Shown in pieces: positions 37,042-47,706 of a DNA stretch of 64,000 nt. The first letter of the stretch is position 1, and the number at the start of each line of letters is the position of its first letter. A program made the position numbers and the translations under genes. Source of the DNA: Minisyncoccota bacterium (GTDB lineage Bacteria > Patescibacteriota > Minisyncoccia > Phycocordibacterales > UBA9973); contig JBAYKP010000002.1 of NCBI GenBank assembly GCA_041664465.1, positions 21,190-85,189 of the forward strand, read 5' to 3'. Under the pieces are notes generated by a model. It saw nothing but the letters and a program-made list of their open reading frames with translations. It made no database searches and was not told the DNA's origin.

Positions 37042-37518
37042 TTAATTAAGTTGCCAAATAAAACTCCTTACGGTCTCTTTAATTCCAGAAATTTTTAATT
37101 CAATAGATTTAGGATTAGGATTTATCGCCTCAAACACTAAAACCCCTTCTCTATGGTGTCCACCGGCTTCTGCCCCTTCCCAACGTAATGGTGTATAAAC
37201 TTTTCCTTGATTATCTACTAAAACAGTATTTTTTATTAAATCTTGATCAAGCTCGATTTCGTGATTATTCATTACTATCTCAAATCTCCATTCTTTTGAT
37301 TGTGAAGAGACATCTACTGGGGTGATAGTGACAGTCACAGCCAATTGTTCGTCGGTTTTAGATTCCAATGTTATCTTTGGGGAATTATTTGTATTTACGA
37401 AGGAGTCATTTTTTAAGACTGGATGATTTATTTTTTTATTATCAAAAACAACAAACATCAAGATTCCTGTAATTATAAATAATATTATTAGAATTATAGT
37501 TAGTTTTTTAGATTTCAT
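37042..37518 (-). CDS. Membrane-anchored hypothetical protein
   Basis: N-terminal TM segment. No recognised domain. Confidence 0.4.
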   Translation of the reverse strand: MKSKKLTIILIILFIITGILMFVVFDNKKINHPVLKNDSFVNTNNSPKITLESKTDEQLAVTVTITPVDVSSQSKEWRFEIVMNNHEIELDQDLIKNTVLVDNQGKVYTPLRWEGAEAGGHHREGVLVFEAINPNPKSIELKISGIKETVRSFIWQLN

Positions 37519-37964
37519 ATGTTTGTTTTTTTAATTTTAATTATTTTATTACTTATAAATATAATACCGAATATATTAAATAGAATTCCTACCCAAAAGA
37601 TTTCAGTTTGATATTTTGTGATGAACATAAGGGAACCCGAGATGCCGAGAATCGGTATTATATTGGTCAAGTAATGAGCACAACACGAAACCATTGCTAA
37701 AGTAGAAGTCGTACCTGTCACAGCCACAGCCTTGCCATCTATAGTAATATGTTTATTCTTAACAAGTTCTTTTAGATAAGAATATAATCCTATCTGAATT
37801 CCAAAACCTACCGTTAAGCTGACAATAAAATACCAATAACTTGCAAACTGCTTTTCTGCAAAAACCCAACCTGACACAAACGTTAATACTGCAAAATAAA
37901 CTCCAAGCAAAATTATGCTTGCAAGTGTTCCATATAGAATTGATTTTTTAATACTACGAGCCAT
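37515..37964 (-). CDS. Polytopic membrane hypothetical protein (contains CC pair)
   Basis: Hydrophobicity. VSCCAHY segment. Confidence 0.4.
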   Translation of the reverse strand: MARSIKKSILYGTLASIILLGVYFAVLTFVSGWVFAEKQFASYWYFIVSLTVGFGIQIGLYSYLKELVKNKHITIDGKAVAVTGTTSTLAMVSCCAHYLTNIIPILGISGSLMFITKYQTEIFWVGILFNIFGIIFISNKIIKIKKTNI

Positions 37965-37998
37965 ACTTATTTAATGACAACTATTACTTGAATTATTT

Positions 37999-38256
37999 TT
38001 AACTTTTTTCTTTATCTCCCTCTCTTCCTTTTAATACCTCAGTTTCTTCACTGGAATTTTTATGAGATTTTCTCATCATAAATAGATGAAATATAACCAT
38101 TACTCCTATCCCAATAAAAATAATCCATTTTGAATTTCCAGAATTACCAGCACTACTTCCTACTCCAAAAATTAAAAGAAGAACAATAGGTAGGGCACAG
38201 CAAATCATCATCATCCACATCATTCCTTTTCCATTTTTATCGTCGTGATTATGCAT
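37999..38256 (-). CDS. Small Met/His/Cys-rich membrane protein (possible metal-binding)
   Basis: MHNHDD ... MMWMMMICC composition. Confidence 0.4.
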   Translation of the reverse strand: MHNHDDKNGKGMMWMMMICCALPIVLLLIFGVGSSAGNSGNSKWIIFIGIGVMVIFHLFMMRKSHKNSSEETEVLKGREGDKEKS

Positions 38257-38294
38257 ATTATTTTTTTTATTTAATTTTTAATTTTCAACCTCTT

Positions 38295-38462
38295 TTAATG
38301 ACAACAACTTCCAGAATGTTCTGGTTTCGATGCTTCCTGTTTTTTATATTCTTCTTTGCAATTTTCTGAACAAAACTTTTTACTAGATTCTTCAGGATAG
38401 ACTTTTTCTTTTTGTAATTCCATTTTACAAACGGGGCATTTTTCTTTAAATAGATTGAACAT
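38295..38462 (-). CDS. Small TRASH/YHS-like zinc-ribbon metal-binding protein ending in SCCH
   Basis: CPVC-x18-CSENC spacing close to the TRASH pattern C-x2-C-x19-22-C-x3-C. The ORF-track N-terminal extension to 38582 overlaps the neighbouring gene and is rejected. Confidence 0.4.
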   Translation of the reverse strand: MFNLFKEKCPVCKMELQKEKVYPEESSKKFCSENCKEEYKKQEASKPEHSGSCCH

Positions 38463-38515
38463 AAAATTTAATAAATTATTTTTTAATATCGACCAATCAT
38501 TAATTATATAAGACT

Positions 38516-39547
38516 TTATACCCCGCACCCTTGTTGTTTTTGTTGTTGCGGAGCTTGAGCAGGTGCTCCTCCGACATCGCATCCACCTCCTTTTTGTTGC
38601 GTACTTTCAGGCTGTGTAACTTGTGTTTTTATATTTGCAAATCCTTGGCTACTTGAATAATCTGCCCCAAGTATTTCTTGTGCATTTATATTTTTCCATT
38701 CTACCCCCTTACTCTTCATGTAAGTTGCTATTGTTACATATGTATCAGGGAACCAGTATGAATTGACAGTTAAGGCTGTGCTCCACATCTCTTGTTCACT
38801 TGCACCTTGTGAAGCCATTAATTCTAATAGTCCAAGCATTGCCATTCCGTGGTTGCAATCAGGAAAATGAACTGAGTTTCCACAGCAAGGTCTATATATA
38901 CCACGAGATACTTTGTCTACAAGAGCTTGTTGCTCTGGTGTTAAGTTAAAGAATACGTGTTTACTGTAGTGATCCATTGCTCCACCTTTGGCAATAGTCC
39001 AACCTCCAGTTGAAGCAAAGTTTCCTGCTCCACCATATTTAGGATCCATCATTTCTCCTTTCTCTAATATTTCATTCTTATTAGCCAAGCCAAGTGCCCA
39101 GAATAGATTGAGTAAATATCCCGAATTTTCATTGGTTATTTTTATTTTACCGTTACCTATTCCTTCAAGTAATCTTTTATCTTCATCTGTTAATTGACCT
39201 CTATCTTTATAGAGAGCTTTGAATTTGTCTGCATCGATTGCTCCAGATTCAGTCAACTTTACTCCAAGGTCTCCCCATTTAACATTTAGTGTTACTCCTT
39301 TAGCAGGAATTACTTTTTGTTCTAGGGCGGATACTTGGACTTCTTCTTTGGTTGATGAAGGGGTGCCTTTATTTGTTGCATAGACTAAAGATCCCCCGAT
39401 AATAATGGCCGCTAATAATATACTCCCAGGTAGTATATAATTTTTTTCTTTTTTATCAGAAATTATTTCTTCTTTTGGAAGTTCTTCTAATATTATTATT
39501 TCTTCTTCTTTCAATTCTTCAACTTCATTATTTTCTTCGTTTTTCAT
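38516..39547 (-). CDS. Membrane-anchored hypothetical protein with a Cys/His cluster (RPCCGNSVHFPDCNHGMAM)
   Basis: TM anchor after an acidic N-terminus. No family recognised. Confidence 0.4.
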   Translation of the reverse strand: MKNEENNEVEELKEEEIIILEELPKEEIISDKKEKNYILPGSILLAAIIIGGSLVYATNKGTPSSTKEEVQVSALEQKVIPAKGVTLNVKWGDLGVKLTESGAIDADKFKALYKDRGQLTDEDKRLLEGIGNGKIKITNENSGYLLNLFWALGLANKNEILEKGEMMDPKYGGAGNFASTGGWTIAKGGAMDHYSKHVFFNLTPEQQALVDKVSRGIYRPCCGNSVHFPDCNHGMAMLGLLELMASQGASEQEMWSTALTVNSYWFPDTYVTIATYMKSKGVEWKNINAQEILGADYSSSQGFANIKTQVTQPESTQQKGGGCDVGGAPAQAPQQQKQQGCGV

Positions 39548-39549
39548 AA

Positions 39550-40044
39550 TTATTCATTACAGCAATTAGCGAGTTTACTAATGATATCTTCTAGGTTTGA
39601 ACTCGTTTTTGCGGTATCTTTTATTAATTGACCATCTATTAATTTTAACTTTAGAGCCCAAAAGATTGAATATACTTTATAAGCTCTTTCAAACATCTTC
39701 TTTGCTTCATCTTTTTTATTTTCAGATTGAAACTTATTTCCGACCTCTATAAGCCTCATTGTGGAGGAAAGTAAATGTTTTGATATGCACCATGTTTCCC
39801 CTTCGTGATTTGGCATTAATTCTTTCAGTAATTCTTTTCTTAAGCTTCTTATTTCTTCTGCTGTGTCAAAATATTCATCTTTTTTAATTTTTACCCCTGT
39901 GAAGAAGAAGTGTTCTTCTAGACTGATTAAATTCATAACTGCTAAACTTAAATCCTCCGTGGTAGAAAGATCTACCCCTGCTTTATCTTTAAGCGATTCT
40001 ATTTTCTCAAGGAATTCATTTAGTGTTGGTATTGTTTTTTCCAT
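39550..40044 (-). CDS. Hypothetical cytoplasmic protein
   Basis: ORF with protein-like composition in an operon context. Confidence 0.35.
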   Translation of the reverse strand: MEKTIPTLNEFLEKIESLKDKAGVDLSTTEDLSLAVMNLISLEEHFFFTGVKIKKDEYFDTAEEIRSLRKELLKELMPNHEGETWCISKHLLSSTMRLIEVGNKFQSENKKDEAKKMFERAYKVYSIFWALKLKLIDGQLIKDTAKTSSNLEDIISKLANCCNE

Positions 40045-40048
40045 AAAT

Positions 40049-40828
40049 TTATATAAAGAAGATTAAGATACCGATAATAATCATTGCGAGACCAGCCCAG
40101 AATTTAAACCCTTTCATATTTGTCTTTTTCCATTCCGAAACCTTATCCACCATAGTTCTATTAGCTGTTACAAAGAGAACGGCAACTAAAGGCACAATAA
40201 GAATTAGATTGTAAAGCATTAAATAGCTTGAACCCATTAAGTATGTTACTTGATCTTTTAGAAGCCCTATGACCATCAAGTACGGGCCACCCATACAAGG
40301 GAACTGGCATATACCTACTAAGAGCCCAAGACCGAATGCTGCAGGAAATGAAGCCTTTTCCATTAGGCGACCCATAGCCGTATGAGAGATAGACGGAATT
40401 TTAAACTTGATAGGAAACTTCGGAAACAACTGACTTAAAATATTTATTAATCCAAATATAATAAGTAGTGATGCTCCAAGTTTACCCATGAAGTGGGGAG
40501 TGTTGAAGAGGTGTAGGACTTTTAGAATCCCTAAGCCAATCAGTAAATAAGCGACAAAGATTCCGGCGATATATGTGCCACCTATTTGAAGAATTTTCTT
40601 TCTAGTTAATTGCATCCCAAATAGGAAAGCGATTGTAATTAGAAGAATTGAGAACGAGCAAGGGTGCACACTATCAAGCAATGCCGCGACTAATACAAGT
40701 GGTAGAAGCCAAGTACCACTATTGCTTAAATTCCATATGAATGCAGCCGTACCCGTGCTCTGTTTCAAGAACACTATTCCTAAAATAGCGATGATTAAAA
40801 CAATTGATATTATTATTATTTTTTTCAT
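40049..40828 (-). CDS. CcdA/DsbD-family thiol:disulfide transporter
   Basis: SVHPCSF and QFPCMGGPY motifs (CcdA-like xPC ... xPCxGP). Confidence 0.6.
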   Translation of the reverse strand: MKKIIIISIVLIIAILGIVFLKQSTGTAAFIWNLSNSGTWLLPLVLVAALLDSVHPCSFSILLITIAFLFGMQLTRKKILQIGGTYIAGIFVAYLLIGLGILKVLHLFNTPHFMGKLGASLLIIFGLINILSQLFPKFPIKFKIPSISHTAMGRLMEKASFPAAFGLGLLVGICQFPCMGGPYLMVIGLLKDQVTYLMGSSYLMLYNLILIVPLVAVLFVTANRTMVDKVSEWKKTNMKGFKFWAGLAMIIIGILIFFI

Positions 40829-40834
40829 AAGTAT

Positions 40835-41359
40835 TTAAGGTGTTACTGTTGCTTTAATTTCAATACTAATATCTTTACCATTTTCATCAACCAGTGTGAT
40901 AAACCTATCTATAAATCCTACACCAGCGGGGCCATGAGCATTAGGATCATAAACAACTTCTAGATTGCTAGTACCCCTTGCTTTTATAGTTTCATTGGCA
41001 GGAGGGAGATATCCATGACCTGACATTCCAAATGGTCCTTTTTTAGTACCATCAGGGCTAATAATGAATGCATTAGTACACATACAAGAAGTAGAGACAG
41101 AAGAAAGAAGAATATCTTTATCTGTAGGGTTTGTAATGGTGAAATTTTTAGTTACATTTCCATCTTTCATAGAAATCGTACCAAAATTATAAACACTTTC
41201 TGATGTCGTTAGAGCACTTTGTTCCCCTGTACTTTGTACTGGAGCTTTTTGATTTTTACTACCCCACCATATAAGGCCTATGATGGCTAAAATAATAAGG
41301 AGGGTAATTGTAATAGTTTTTTTCATTTTATTTAAGTTTAATTTAATTAATAAAAACAC
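40835..41359 (-). CDS. DUF1573-like secreted or membrane-anchored protein
   Basis: STSCMCT resembles the DUF1573 SCGCT signature. N-terminal TM anchor. Confidence 0.4.
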   Translation of the reverse strand: MFLLIKLNLNKMKKTITITLLIILAIIGLIWWGSKNQKAPVQSTGEQSALTTSESVYNFGTISMKDGNVTKNFTITNPTDKDILLSSVSTSCMCTNAFIISPDGTKKGPFGMSGHGYLPPANETIKARGTSNLEVVYDPNAHGPAGVGFIDRFITLVDENGKDISIEIKATVTP

Positions 41360-41425
41360 AAGAAAAAAGCCTTGCGGTTTTTATTTATCAAAAATGACCA
41401 AACTGAAATTGATAAACCCGCAAAA

Positions 41426-41869
41426 CTATATATTTGCTAGTTTGTATTTTTTTGTATTAAGAATTCCACTAGAGAAAATTTCTCCTAGATAATTGAAAAG
41501 ATTTATTTGTGGATGTTCTTTTATATAAAGTTTAAATTTAAGATAAATTTGCCGAGAATATAGAGATAAATAATTTCTTGCAAAAACAAATATTACAAAT
41601 AGTAATACAAATGATACAAGGGAGCTTGTTGTGTTAAGAATATTTTGGGGCATTAAAGTGAACATTTCGTTCCAAACAGTGACATGCTCAGAGAAGTTCA
41701 TAGCACACCCATTATTTTCACTACCCAAAAGACAACTATTTTTAGCTCCTTCAAATTTCATTCCATTCATATGATAAACAAGCCCCAAAGTACTAATCCA
41801 CAATAAAGAAACTATGCTTATTATAAGCATTATTTTCCCGAATTTTTTATTGTTTAATGTGGAATTCAT
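41426..41869 (-). CDS. Hypothetical membrane protein
   Basis: Hydrophobic segments only. Confidence 0.35.
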   Translation of the reverse strand: MNSTLNNKKFGKIMLIISIVSLLWISTLGLVYHMNGMKFEGAKNSCLLGSENNGCAMNFSEHVTVWNEMFTLMPQNILNTTSSLVSFVLLFVIFVFARNYLSLYSRQIYLKFKLYIKEHPQINLFNYLGEIFSSGILNTKKYKLANI

Positions 41870-41900
41870 ATATATTACTATATTAACACAATTTTTATTG

Positions 41901-44135
41901 TTAAACTATATTTTTTTTCTTAAGCCAAAGTGAATTTCCGACGACGGAAATAGAACTCGTTGCCATCGCTACTGATGCGAAAATAGGATTGAGGAGGATG
42001 TGGAAAAGAGGGTAGAGAGCTCCCATAGCTACGGGGATTAATATAACATTATATCCGAATGCCCAGAAAAGATTTTGGCGGATAGTTCGCATAGTTTTCT
42101 TGGATAAGACAATCGCTGCCGCAACGGACCTCAAATCTTTATTGATAAGAGTAATATCAGCGGCTTCTATCGCTACATCAGTTCCACTCCCCATTGCAAT
42201 CCCTACGTCAGCAGCAGCGAGAGCAGGGGCGTCATTGATACCATCTCCTACCATTGCTACAACTTTACCTTCTGCTTGTATTTTTCGTACCTCTTTTTCT
42301 TTTTGATCAGGGAGAACTTCTGCAAGGATTCTAGCAATGCCTAACTTTTGACCTATTGCATTGGCAGTTCTTTGATTATCTCCTGTGATCATTACAGTCT
42401 CAATGCCAAGCTTTTGCAATGCTATTAATCCTTCACGAGCACTTTCTTTTATGATATCAGCAACAGCAATGAATCCAATAAGTTTATTTTCTCGCCCTAT
42501 CATCATCACAGTCTTACCATTGTTTTCCATTTCGGTTATTCCACTAAGAGCACTACTTATATCAATGCCTTCTTTGTCCATCAATCTCTTATTACCGAAA
42601 ACAATTCTTTTACCATCTATAAAGCCTTCAACTCCGTGTCCAGGAATTGCTTGGAATTTTTCTACTTTTATTAGTATGAGTTTTTCTTCTTCTGCTTTTT
42701 TTACAATTGCTTCTGCAAGAGAATGCTCGGAACCTTTCTCTATAGAACCCGCAAGTTTTAATAGCTCGTCACTAGATATTGTTTTATCTATTGAAACAAT
42801 GTCTGTAACTTCTGGTTCTCCTTTTGTGAGAGTTCCTGTCTTATCAAAAATAATTGTATTGATTTTATGAGCTATTTCTAGACTCTCAGCATCTTTTATA
42901 AGGATACCGTGCTCTGCACCTTTACCTGTACCTACCATAATTGCCGTCGGAGTAGCGAGGCCCATAGCGCAAGGACAAGCAATTATAAGAACAGCAACAG
43001 TGTTTAATATTGCAAATAATAAAGTAGGTGCAGGCCCAAATATATACCAGATTGCGAAAGTAAGTATAGCAAGCATTATTACAACTGGTACGAAATATGA
43101 AGATACTAAATCAGCCAAGCGCTGGATAGGTGCTTTACTTCCTTGGGCTTCTTGAACCAGTTTTATGATCTGAGCGAGCATTGTCTCGCCTCCTATTTTT
43201 GTAGCTTTGAAAGTGAAAGTGCCGGTTTTGTTCATTGTTGCGCCTACGACTACGTCGCCTTTTGTCTTATCTGTGGGGATACTTTCCCCCGTAATCATAG
43301 ATTCATCGATAGAAGATTCTCCTTCTATAATAATTCCATCTACAGGAATTTTCTCGCCTGGTCTTACTCGTATAATATCTCCAATGATTACTTCACTTAT
43401 AGGTAAGTCTATCTCTTTCCCGTCGCGCATTACACGAGCAGTCTTGGCTTGAAGTCCGATAAGCTTTTTAATAGCTTCCGAAGTTCCAGCTTTAGCCTTT
43501 GCTTCAAAATAGCGCCCTAATAATATAAGACCAATGATAATTACTGTCGTATCAAAATAAGGCATTGGCTCAATGCCTATCTTTTGTACAAGATGAGGGA
43601 ACAAAATTACAAAAACAGAATACGCATATGCGACAGTTGTACCTATGACTACGAGTGTATCCATGTTTGCAGTCCTGTGCTTGATAGCTGAGAGAGCAGC
43701 ACGGTAGAAAGTAAAGCCAGCCCAGAATTGTACGGGAGTAGCGAGGATGAATTGAACCCAGAAATTTCTCAAAATCATAGGTGAAGTTTCCATAAGTCCT
43801 GGGAAAGCTCCCCATAAAATCAAAGCTCCTAGACCAAGACTTATTATAACTTTAGTGCGTAAACTACGAAGATCTTTTAATTTTTCTTTTTGTTCCTCAT
43901 CTTCTGTTTTTACTTCTTCGTCTAAAAGGGCAATGTATCCGACGTTAGAAATAGCACTAGATAGCTTTTCATCTGTTACTTTACTTGGATCGTATGTTAC
44001 TGTCGCTTTCTCTGTCGCTAAGTTTACTATGGCACTAGAAATACCATCTACTTTTTTAAGTGAGCCTTCTATTATTGCCACGCATGAAGCGCAATGTATT
44101 CCTTTTATTGCAAATGTTTTTTTATTTTGTTCCAT
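41901..44135 (-). CDS. copA: Copper-translocating P1B-type ATPase
   Basis: N-terminal HMA GIHCASC, TM CPC motif ([10 protein letters not shown]), DKTGTLT phosphorylation site and [10 protein letters not shown]. Confidence 0.92.
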   Translation of the reverse strand: MEQNKKTFAIKGIHCASCVAIIEGSLKKVDGISSAIVNLATEKATVTYDPSKVTDEKLSSAISNVGYIALLDEEVKTEDEEQKEKLKDLRSLRTKVIISLGLGALILWGAFPGLMETSPMILRNFWVQFILATPVQFWAGFTFYRAALSAIKHRTANMDTLVVIGTTVAYAYSVFVILFPHLVQKIGIEPMPYFDTTVIIIGLILLGRYFEAKAKAGTSEAIKKLIGLQAKTARVMRDGKEIDLPISEVIIGDIIRVRPGEKIPVDGIIIEGESSIDESMITGESIPTDKTKGDVVVGATMNKTGTFTFKATKIGGETMLAQIIKLVQEAQGSKAPIQRLADLVSSYFVPVVIMLAILTFAIWYIFGPAPTLLFAILNTVAVLIIACPCAMGLATPTAIMVGTGKGAEHGILIKDAESLEIAHKINTIIFDKTGTLTKGEPEVTDIVSIDKTISSDELLKLAGSIEKGSEHSLAEAIVKKAEEEKLILIKVEKFQAIPGHGVEGFIDGKRIVFGNKRLMDKEGIDISSALSGITEMENNGKTVMMIGRENKLIGFIAVADIIKESAREGLIALQKLGIETVMITGDNQRTANAIGQKLGIARILAEVLPDQKEKEVRKIQAEGKVVAMVGDGINDAPALAAADVGIAMGSGTDVAIEAADITLINKDLRSVAAAIVLSKKTMRTIRQNLFWAFGYNVILIPVAMGALYPLFHILLNPIFASVAMATSSISVVGNSLWLKKKNIV

Positions 44136-44139
44136 ATAA

Positions 44140-44499
44140 TTATTTTACTATTATTTTCCCGTGATACATGCCCATACCACAAGTGTATGTAAATTCACCA
44201 CTCTTAACAGGGGATAGGTCTATCTCGACTTTCTGATTAAGTGGTAGTTGTTTGCGAATTTTAAAATCTCCTAGAACTATTTCTTCTAGACATGCAGTTG
44301 GATCCTTGCGAATAAAAGTAAGCTTGGTTGTTTTGCCTTTTGGTATTGATATAACTTCTGGGGTATATCCACCATCCACAATGATATCTACAGAGCCTGA
44401 GACTTCTACTTCCTTATCTTTCTTACCAAGAAAAAACCAATAGGTGAAACCTATTCCCAAAATACTTATTACTATAACCATTATTTGATCTATATTCAT
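44140..44499 (-). CDS. Cupredoxin-like domain protein
   Basis: [16 protein letters not shown] matches the cupredoxin-like Y-x-C-x3-H-x2-M-x-G-K-I-V signature. Sits immediately upstream of copA. Confidence 0.55.
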   Translation of the reverse strand: MNIDQIMVIVISILGIGFTYWFFLGKKDKEVEVSGSVDIIVDGGYTPEVISIPKGKTTKLTFIRKDPTACLEEIVLGDFKIRKQLPLNQKVEIDLSPVKSGEFTYTCGMGMYHGKIIVK

Positions 44500-44517
44500 A
44501 TATTTTTATTAAATTAA

Positions 44518-44781
44518 TTATTTTCTCTTAAGCCCATAAACTTTTAATATTTCCTCCGTGGCCTTTTTGGTTTGCCCTTTTTGTATTTGGTGTACTAGAC
44601 AGGTACCTAGGTGACCTTCCATTAGGGCATCTTCCACTCCTGAGAGAGCTTGCTTCACGGCGGAGGTCTGGGTGATGATATCAATGCAGTAAATTCCTTT
44701 CTCGACCATCTCTTGTAAGCCTCGTACTTGCCCTTCAATAATTTTCAAACGCTTTATTAGTTTTTGATTATTTGTATTCAT
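44518..44781 (-). CDS. csoR: CsoR/RcnR-family metal-sensing transcriptional repressor
   Basis: RLKIIEGQVRGLQEMVE...C.D ... H...C pattern. 87 aa from the ATG at 44781. The 179-aa ORF-track version has a non-conserved extension overlapping smpB. Confidence 0.8.
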   Translation of the reverse strand: MNTNNQKLIKRLKIIEGQVRGLQEMVEKGIYCIDIITQTSAVKQALSGVEDALMEGHLGTCLVHQIQKGQTKKATEEILKVYGLKRK

Positions 44782-44791
44782 ATAAAACATC

Positions 44792-44818
44792 TTATACCCT
44801 AGGGGGGTATAAGTCAAG
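44792..44818 (-). promoter_or_regulatory. CsoR-type operator palindrome (ttataccc-ta-ggggggtataa) + ttgac on the gene strand, 11 nt upstream of the csoR ATG
   Basis: Same palindrome as at 34062 and 34782. Sits in the -35/-10 spacer position. Confidence 0.65.
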
Positions 44819-44880
44819 AGGGAGGGTAGGAAGATGGTGAGTAAAGGAAATTCAAATATTTTGTGGTAATATATGAGTAT

Positions 44881-45327
44881 ATGGCAACATATATAGACAA
44901 CAGAAAAGCACACTTTAACTATGCAGTGGAGGAAACTTTCGAAGCCGGGATAGAACTCCAAGGTTTTGAAGTGAAATCTATCAAGAATGGACATGGAACT
45001 ATCAATTCTAGTTTCGTCATAGTGCGAGGTGGTGAAGCATACATCGTAGGTATGCATATTCCTCCGTACCAGCCTAACAATACAGACCCTGGCTATGATC
45101 CAGACAGGACGAGACGCCTTCTTTTGTCTAAAAAGGAGATAAAGAAGCTAGCAGATAAAGACAGTACCAAAGGATTGACTCTCATCCCCCTCTCGTTGTA
45201 TAGTAAGGGTCGCTACATAAAAGTATCTATTGCGGTAGCTCGTGGAAAGAGAGTTTTCGACAAAAGAGAAACTATCAAGAAACGAGAAACGGATAGAGAA
45301 ATAAGTAGAGAGTATAAAGTTCGTTGA
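44881..45327 (+). CDS. smpB: SsrA-binding protein
   Basis: HFNYAVEETFEAGIELQGFEVKS ... typical SmpB. Confidence 0.9.
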   Translation: MATYIDNRKAHFNYAVEETFEAGIELQGFEVKSIKNGHGTINSSFVIVRGGEAYIVGMHIPPYQPNNTDPGYDPDRTRRLLLSKKEIKKLADKDSTKGLTLIPLSLYSKGRYIKVSIAVARGKRVFDKRETIKKRETDREISREYKVR

Positions 45328-45331
45328 AAAT

Positions 45332-45729
45332 GGGGATGATCGGCTTCGACAAGAGGACTCATCTTATATATGCATGTAAAGTACTCAGGAATCTTTTAAA
45401 ACTTCTTGGAAAAGACTAAGTGCAAACAAAGTCGCCAAAGCGGTAGTTTCACCTTACACTTTTGTGTTTGGTAACTCACCTGCTTTCGCCCTCGCCTAAT
45501 TTAGGTCTGGACGATGTCTGCTCTCTCTACATCCGATACAGAGGTTGGGCATAATTTATCGGGTTACGATTTTACAACAGCTTGATGTAAAGTCCGACAA
45601 TTTAAAGCTCGTTATTTATCTTTCTTGTGTGCTCTCTAGGATAAATGGTTAAAACAAAATGAACATACTAAACATGTAGATTTCTATAAGATCTCCCTTT
45701 GCACGCGGGTTCGATTCCCGCCATCTCCA
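45332..45729 (+). ncRNA. ssrA: tmRNA (SsrA)
   Basis: 5' ggggatgatcggcttcgacaagagg and a 3' tRNA-like domain gcgggttcgattcccgccatctcc pairing with the 5' end. The internal tag ORF ends ...GNSPAFALA-taa. Lies directly after smpB. Confidence 0.8.
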
Positions 45730-45742
45730 CACTCAAATAAAA

Positions 45743-45770
45743 AACACTCTAAATAAATGAGTGTTTTTTA
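45743..45770 (+). terminator. Terminator after ssrA (aacactc-taaataaat-gagtgtt + T-run)
   Basis: Read directly. Confidence 0.65.
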
Positions 45771-45814
45771 TTTACCTTTATTTTTATCCATTCTGCGTGT
45801 ATAATGCACTAACT

Positions 45815-47701
45815 ATGAAGCCCAACACAACAAACAAGCCAAATCAACCCAAAATACCCAATATTATGAATCAGATAATTATTGCAGTATTTATTTTTAT
45901 TAGTATTACCCTTATCTATACCCTTGTCGCCAAGAAGCCAGAAGATGTCAGAAAGATGGCGATTTCTGATGTGGCTAAAAGTGTCCAAGATGGCACAGTG
46001 GAGAAGATTGTAGTTTCTGGGGGAGATGTCAATATTGCTTTCAAAGACAAGACTAATGGCGTAGCAAAGAAAGAATTAGAAAGTTCACTGTCTACCACTT
46101 TATATAATTACGGAGTGACTCCGGCACAATTGTCTGGAACTCCGATTGAGATTAAAACTGAGTCAGGTTTCTGGTATACCATTTTGAATTTATTGCCATT
46201 TTTATTGCCAGTCTTTTTAATTGTATTTTTTATTTGGATGCTTACTCGCCAAGTCAAAGGGCAGGGAATGCAAGCTTTCACTTTCGGACAATCCAAAGCC
46301 CGTATTACCGATCCAGATGACAAGAATAATAAAGTGACGTTCAAGGATGTCGCCGGTGCAAAAGAAGCGAAAGAAGAATTGAAAGAAATTGTAGACTTCT
46401 TGAAAAATCCTAAAAAGTTTTTAGATATTGGAGCAAGAATTCCTAAGGGAGTGCTTCTGACTGGGGCACCTGGAACAGGCAAGACTTTGCTTGCCAGAGC
46501 TGTCGCTGGAGAAGCGGCGGTGCCATTCTTTCATCTTTCAGGAAGTGAATTCGTAGAAATGTTCGTAGGTGTCGGAGCTTCTCGCGTGCGTGACTTATTC
46601 AAAATGGCGAAAAAGGCTGCCCCTTCAATAGTCTTTATCGATGAGATAGATGCTGTGGGGCGTGTGCGTGGTACAGGAGTGGGAGGGGGCAATGATGAAC
46701 GCGAACAAACTCTAAATCAAATACTTGTGGAGATGGACGGCTTTGAACCAAATGAAAAAGTGATAGTCATGGCTGCTACCAATAGAGGTGACGTGCTTGA
46801 CCCCGCACTCCTCCGTCCAGGAAGATTCGATAGACGAGTTCTTCTTGATCTACCAGATAGGAAAGATCGTGAAGAGATTTTGAAAATTCACTCGATTAAA
46901 AAACCTTTTGCTGAAGATGTGAATCTCAAAGTTATCGCTGAGCGTACGCCTGGATTCTCTGGTGCTGATTTATTCTCTATTATGAATGAAGGAGCAATAT
47001 TGGCAGCGAGAGAAGACAGGAAGAAGATTGCCCAATTTGACCTTGTTCGTTCTATTGAGAAAGTAATGATGGGTCCGGAGAGGAAGAGTCATTTGCTTTC
47101 CAAGAAAGAAAAAGAAATTACCGCTTACCACGAAGCAGGCCATGCTCTCATAGCATCAATGCTCCCTTATGCCGACCCAGTTCACAAAGTCTCTATTGTT
47201 TCTCGTGGAAGTGCTGGAGGATATACTTTGAAATTACCACTTGAAGAGAGAAGAATGCAAAGCAAAAAAGAATTCCTCGATGACATAGCTATGTCCTTGG
47301 GTGGTTATGTTGCAGAAGAAATGGTCTTTGGAGATATTACTACTGGACCGTCGAACGATTTACAAGTAGCGACAAGCTTGGCTCGTGCAATGGTCACACG
47401 CTTTGGAATGAGTACAGAGATAGGTCCGATAGCTCTTGAAAGTGATGGTGGGAGAACAATGTTCGGTAGAGGTGTGAACGACCAAGAATACTCTGAACGT
47501 GTCAGTGCTCTTATAGATAGTGAGGTTTCTAAAATAATGAATAATGCTTTTGCTGTCGCTCGCGATGTCCTGACAGATAAAAGAAAAGTATTAGATGCAA
47601 TAGCGCATAAACTTATAGAAGTAGAAACCCTAGAGCAAGCTGAATACAATGAACTCATAACAGCGAATGGAATAATACCTAAAAAGAAAATTAGTGAATA
47701 G
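45815..47701 (+). CDS. ftsH: ATP-dependent zinc metalloprotease FtsH
   Basis: AAA Walker [12 protein letters not shown], and zinc-binding HEAGHAL. The ATG at 45815 is preferred over the GTG at 45761, which overlaps the ssrA terminator. Confidence 0.92.
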   Translation: MKPNTTNKPNQPKIPNIMNQIIIAVFIFISITLIYTLVAKKPEDVRKMAISDVAKSVQDGTVEKIVVSGGDVNIAFKDKTNGVAKKELESSLSTTLYNYGVTPAQLSGTPIEIKTESGFWYTILNLLPFLLPVFLIVFFIWMLTRQVKGQGMQAFTFGQSKARITDPDDKNNKVTFKDVAGAKEAKEELKEIVDFLKNPKKFLDIGARIPKGVLLTGAPGTGKTLLARAVAGEAAVPFFHLSGSEFVEMFVGVGASRVRDLFKMAKKAAPSIVFIDEIDAVGRVRGTGVGGGNDEREQTLNQILVEMDGFEPNEKVIVMAATNRGDVLDPALLRPGRFDRRVLLDLPDRKDREEILKIHSIKKPFAEDVNLKVIAERTPGFSGADLFSIMNEGAILAAREDRKKIAQFDLVRSIEKVMMGPERKSHLLSKKEKEITAYHEAGHALIASMLPYADPVHKVSIVSRGSAGGYTLKLPLEERRMQSKKEFLDDIAMSLGGYVAEEMVFGDITTGPSNDLQVATSLARAMVTRFGMSTEIGPIALESDGGRTMFGRGVNDQEYSERVSALIDSEVSKIMNNAFAVARDVLTDKRKVLDAIAHKLIEVETLEQAEYNELITANGIIPKKKISE

Positions 47702-47706
47702 TAAAA

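Noticed and set aside
38463-38582. Long form (95 aa) of the TRASH-like ORF
   Set aside because: The N-terminal part overlaps the 3' end of the upstream gene 38516-39547. The conserved Cys motifs are all in the last 55 residues.
41280-41492. ORF 41280-41492 (+) and the antisense ORFs inside copA (42100-42306, 42385-42870, 43143-43406, 43207-43452, 43570-43815, 43855-44139)
   Set aside because: Antisense to well-supported genes or in a spacer. No protein-like features.
44782-45057. 179-aa version of csoR with a long N-terminal extension
   Set aside because: The extension is non-conserved, overlaps smpB on the other strand, and would run across the operator. The 87-aa protein is the canonical CsoR size.
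45761-45814. GTG start of ftsH at 45761
   Set aside because: It overlaps the ssrA terminator hairpin. The ATG at 45815 has a -10 box 9 nt upstream.
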